The position numbers were made by a program, and so were the translations under genes. This document shows positions 60,840 to 64,000 of a stretch of DNA of 64,000 bases, in pieces. The notes under the pieces are model-generated. The model did not search any database, was not told the DNA's origin, and saw nothing but the letters and a program-made list of their open reading frames with translations. This stretch comes from Setoptus koraiensis (Eukaryota > Animalia > Arthropoda), in assembly GCA_048013815.1 (NCBI GenBank), contig CM106585.1:23436001-23500000 (forward strand), given 5' to 3'. Every line of letters begins with the position of its first letter. Within the stretch, counting starts at the first letter, position 1.

Positions 60840-63664
60840 ATGAAATTCACACAGTTACTGGATCTCAACATGGTCCCGGAATGGCGTCAACAATACATAA
60901 GTTATCGTGAACTAGATGGCCTGCTGAAGAAGGCCCTAGAAAAGAAGGCGAAATCTCAAGGAGGTACGTAATTGAATGGAATCTACTTTTCTCTCATATT
61001 GAATACCGGGGATACTATCTTACTATCTAAATTGTTGTCTCTATAAAAGTGGACAGATATTTTGATCTCATACGATTCAATCAGAGTTTTGGTGAGCGTT
61101 TCATCGATGAATGCCAACAGGAACTTGATAAAATCAATAATTTTCATCAGGATAAACTATCTGAAGTGTCGGGAAAATATAAGAATCTGCAGGGTCAACT
61201 CGACAACATATTGGCTAGTGCTTACAATAATGAAGTACAATCGAGTATCTATCTTGGCCCGACAACGTCATCAGCAAGACGACCTATAGGAAAATGTTCA
61301 AATGCAAATATCCAACAATCAACAGGCCTAAGTAATTCTAGATTAGCTCGTCTATCCTACAGTATCAAGCATTTGGAGAGAAAGATAACCAGAAATGAGA
61401 GATCCAGCCTACATTACACTTCCACTGGTATCTCTGCGCCATTTAACGGAAACGTACCTGGAGCGGCTCAAAAATTGGCTCAAGCCGCCAGAAAACTTTC
61501 CATTTTCAACATTTCGAAAGAACATGGCTATCATTATAGCAATCCAAGTAACACGGGTTCATCATTTTTCAGAGACAAAAATCATTATCTGAATGAGACG
61601 CCACCACCTTCGACCACAACCCAGCCCATATCAACGATAAATCAATCAAAGAGAAAAGTTGTGGCCGCTTATAAGAAGAAGATACCTCAATTGAAGTTTG
61701 CCTACCGTGAACTTTATTTTAGTCTTGTGTTATTTGAACAATATACTCAACTTAATTATACCGGATTCGAGCAAATACTCCGTAAGCATGATCGAATGTT
61801 CGCTTCAACATTGGGAAGACAATTTTTTACTGAACATGTACAGCAGTCGGAATTTTATTCAAATCTCCAAACCATTGATAGATTCATTGAAGGTCTAGAA
61901 CATCTATACACACTACATTTCGAGAATGGCAATCGAAGCAAGGCAATAGAGAAATTACAGGTACCCACTAACGTTTACAAGCCATTCACATCATCGATTG
62001 ATTTCAGAGTTGGACTAGAAATTGGCGCATTAGCTATATTATTTATGACAGTACTTGTGACCGGATTTGTGGTAGAAAATGCCTACGATTGGCGGATTGT
62101 ATTCAGATTATATAGAAGTCCATTACTCTTGGTGATATTTCTATTCCAATCGGGTATAAGTATTATGATATGGAAACATTACAAGATAAATCATGTTCTC
62201 ATATTCGAGCTAGACCCTAGAAACAATCTTTCCTATCATCATTTTTTCGAATTTGGTGCATTATTGGGTATTATATGGTCATTATCAGTACTTGTATTCT
62301 TGTTTTCGAATAGACTAGAGGTCCCTCCACTCATTTGTCCACTTGTTGTAGTCTTGTTGATAACATTCTATCTATTTAACCCAACAGCCACTTGTCATCA
62401 TCAAGCGAGATTTTGGCTGCTACGAAAGTTGGTAAGTTTTTATTTAAACTGATTTAACTAGAACAAGTACTGTGTAGTGCATGGATACTAATTAACTTTT
62501 ACAATTATATAGAGTCGCATATTCACAGCACCCTTCCAACCTATAAGGTTTGCAGATTTTTGGATAGCCGATCAACTTGTTAGTATTGTACCACTCTTTT
62601 TAGATCTGGAATACTTGAGTTGCTTCTATACCACTGGCCATCTACATGTAGCCAATCTCGACATAAAGAATGCTGGTGAGTATCATAAAAAAAAATTGTT
62701 TCAATTAACTTTAGTGTTGCATAGCAATGCATTTAGACAAATCAACTTACACTTTTATATTGTTCGAATATTGCAACCAGATCGTTGTGTTATAAGAAAG
62801 CCTCATGATTTAGCCATCAGATCAATATTTGCTGCCTTACCAGCTTGGTTTAGAGCAGCACAATGCTTTCGAAGATGGAAGGATGAAAATTGGAACCTTC
62901 ATCATTTATGCAACGCCTTCAAGTATCTTTGCATGGTTGGAGTAGTCTTTCTCTCTACAATAGCTCAATATAATAATCCAAAATTCAACCATTCAGACAC
63001 ATATACTATTATATGGTTAGTTGCAGCTATATTCACATCTACCTTGACAGCTTATTGGGATATAATCTATGACTTTGGTTTGTTCAACTCGTTCGACAAG
63101 AAAAGGGATCGCTCGCCCAGTACCGACGGACTAACTACAAATGACGTCATAGCCGGAATAAAGCGCAAAAAGAAAAAAAGTTATAGATTCTTGAGAGATG
63201 AGCTAGTTTATCCTCCTTGGGTGTACTATTTTGCTATAGTTGAGGATTCGCTATTAAGATTTGGTTGGATAATCACAATATCATTGACAGAGTTCTCCGG
63301 AATTGAGGCAGGACTAGTGGTATCACTATTGGCGCCAGTTGAAATGTTTAGGCGTTTCGTGTGGAACTGCATCAGGTTAGAAAATGAGCAAATCAATAAT
63401 TGTGGCTTATTTAGAGCAGTCAGAGACATACCCATAGAAGTGCTCGCACCTGTTGATGAGTCGCATCTTGACAAAATTATCATGATGATGGATAGTAATG
63501 ATGGGCCATCTCTGAGGAATAGGCTACTTAGGAGACGAATAGGTCGAGTTGATAGGATTTCATTTCTGGTGCTACCAGAATCTCCCGTTGGTTCAAAAAA
63601 AATCGGTAGAACATCAGCCTATGCTAACATGGGTTTCTGTCAGAATCCAGAATGCAACGTATAG
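60840..63664 (+). CDS. XPR1: XPR1/SYG1-family phosphate exporter (SPX + EXS), 4 exons (60840..60963, 61050..62431, 62513..62675, 62781..63664)
   Basis: Exon 1 MKFTQLLDLNMVPEWRQQYISY (SPX start); LKFAYRELYFSLVLFEQYTQLNYTGF; INHVLIFELDPRNNLS; RIFTAPF..IRFADFWIADQL; NAFKY; WDIIYDFGL; LLRFGW; EMFRRFVWNCIRLENEQINNCGLFRAVRDI. Donors GTACGT, GTAAGT, GTGAGT with matching phases. Confidence 0.95.
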
Positions 63665-63781
63665 AGCTCAAAGTGTAATATATAGGCGGAAACAATGTTT
63701 ATTCATCGATTGTAAAAACTTTAAAGAAAAAAATGTGGATTATACTCTACGAGCACTTCTAGCATGAGACTTTCACGAATA

Positions 63782-63955
63782 TCACTGAAAACTCTTGAAT
63801 ATAGACTGCAGATGAGGATTTTCATCTGTGTTGTAATATCTCCTCTTCATAGCTCTGTATTTTTTAAGATGGTAGGCAGCAATAATCTCACGACACACAT
63901 ATTCTCCTTTGGATATCAATTGATCAATCTCTTGTTGAGTACTAACGTGTTTGTT
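63782..63955 (-). CDS. ETFRF1: ETFRF1/LYRM5 (LYR-motif ETF regulatory factor), last exon; not in the ORF track
   Basis: After acceptor ...ctctactcag (63957-63956) reads NKHVSTQQEIDQLISKGEYVCREIIAAYHLKKYRAMKRRYYNTDENPHLQSIFKSFQ*, matching the LYRM5 pattern [41 protein letters not shown]. The 5' part lies outside the window. Confidence 0.9.
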   Translation of the reverse strand, partial: NKHVSTQQEIDQLISKGEYVCREIIAAYHLKKYRAMKRRYYNTDENPHLQSIFKSFQ

Positions 63956-64000
63956 CTGAGTAGAGTGGAATGTAAGGAATTAACCGTGAGATTAGTACTC

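Noticed and set aside
63966-63979. TGGAATGTAAGGAA, matching the 5' end of miR-1/miR-206
   Set aside because: No complementary arm upstream, it diverges after 14 nt, and it is the reverse complement of the ETFRF1 intron's pyrimidine tract.

Overview
This is eukaryotic, intron-containing animal DNA. It is an arthropod (SIFamide, gcm), and the compact genes, short or lost introns and Q/N/H-rich proteins suggest an acariform mite; the taxon is inference only. No prokaryotic features, CRISPR arrays or recognisable transposase were found. Layout: (1) 0-8 kb, a very large minus-strand glial cells missing (gcm) gene running off the left edge, with a repeat-rich putative upstream region to ~14 kb; (2) 15-21 kb, AT-rich and gene-dense, with a SIFamide precursor and an LRP11-like MANSC/LDLa membrane protein, both minus; (3) ~21.8-52.2 kb, a ~30 kb stretch with no recognisable gene, rich in microsatellites, short drifting tandem duplications and GGGCCC; (4) 52.2-54.2 kb, a perfect 26-bp palindrome and unrecognised multi-exon gene candidates on both strands; (5) 55-64 kb, gene-dense: LRR1-like, TRAM1-like, tRNA-Gln(UUG), an orphan 166-aa ORF, XPR1-like (SPX-EXS) and the last exon of ETFRF1/LYRM5. 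Exon models were built by hand from splice signals and phase consistency, and family calls rest on recalled motifs, not database searches. The most testable oddities are an XPR1 whose inositol-pyrophosphate-binding lysines are partly replaced (K26D, K158Q equivalents), a Tyr-to-His SIFamide variant, a Gcm of ~1,450 aa or more, and the orphan gene models.
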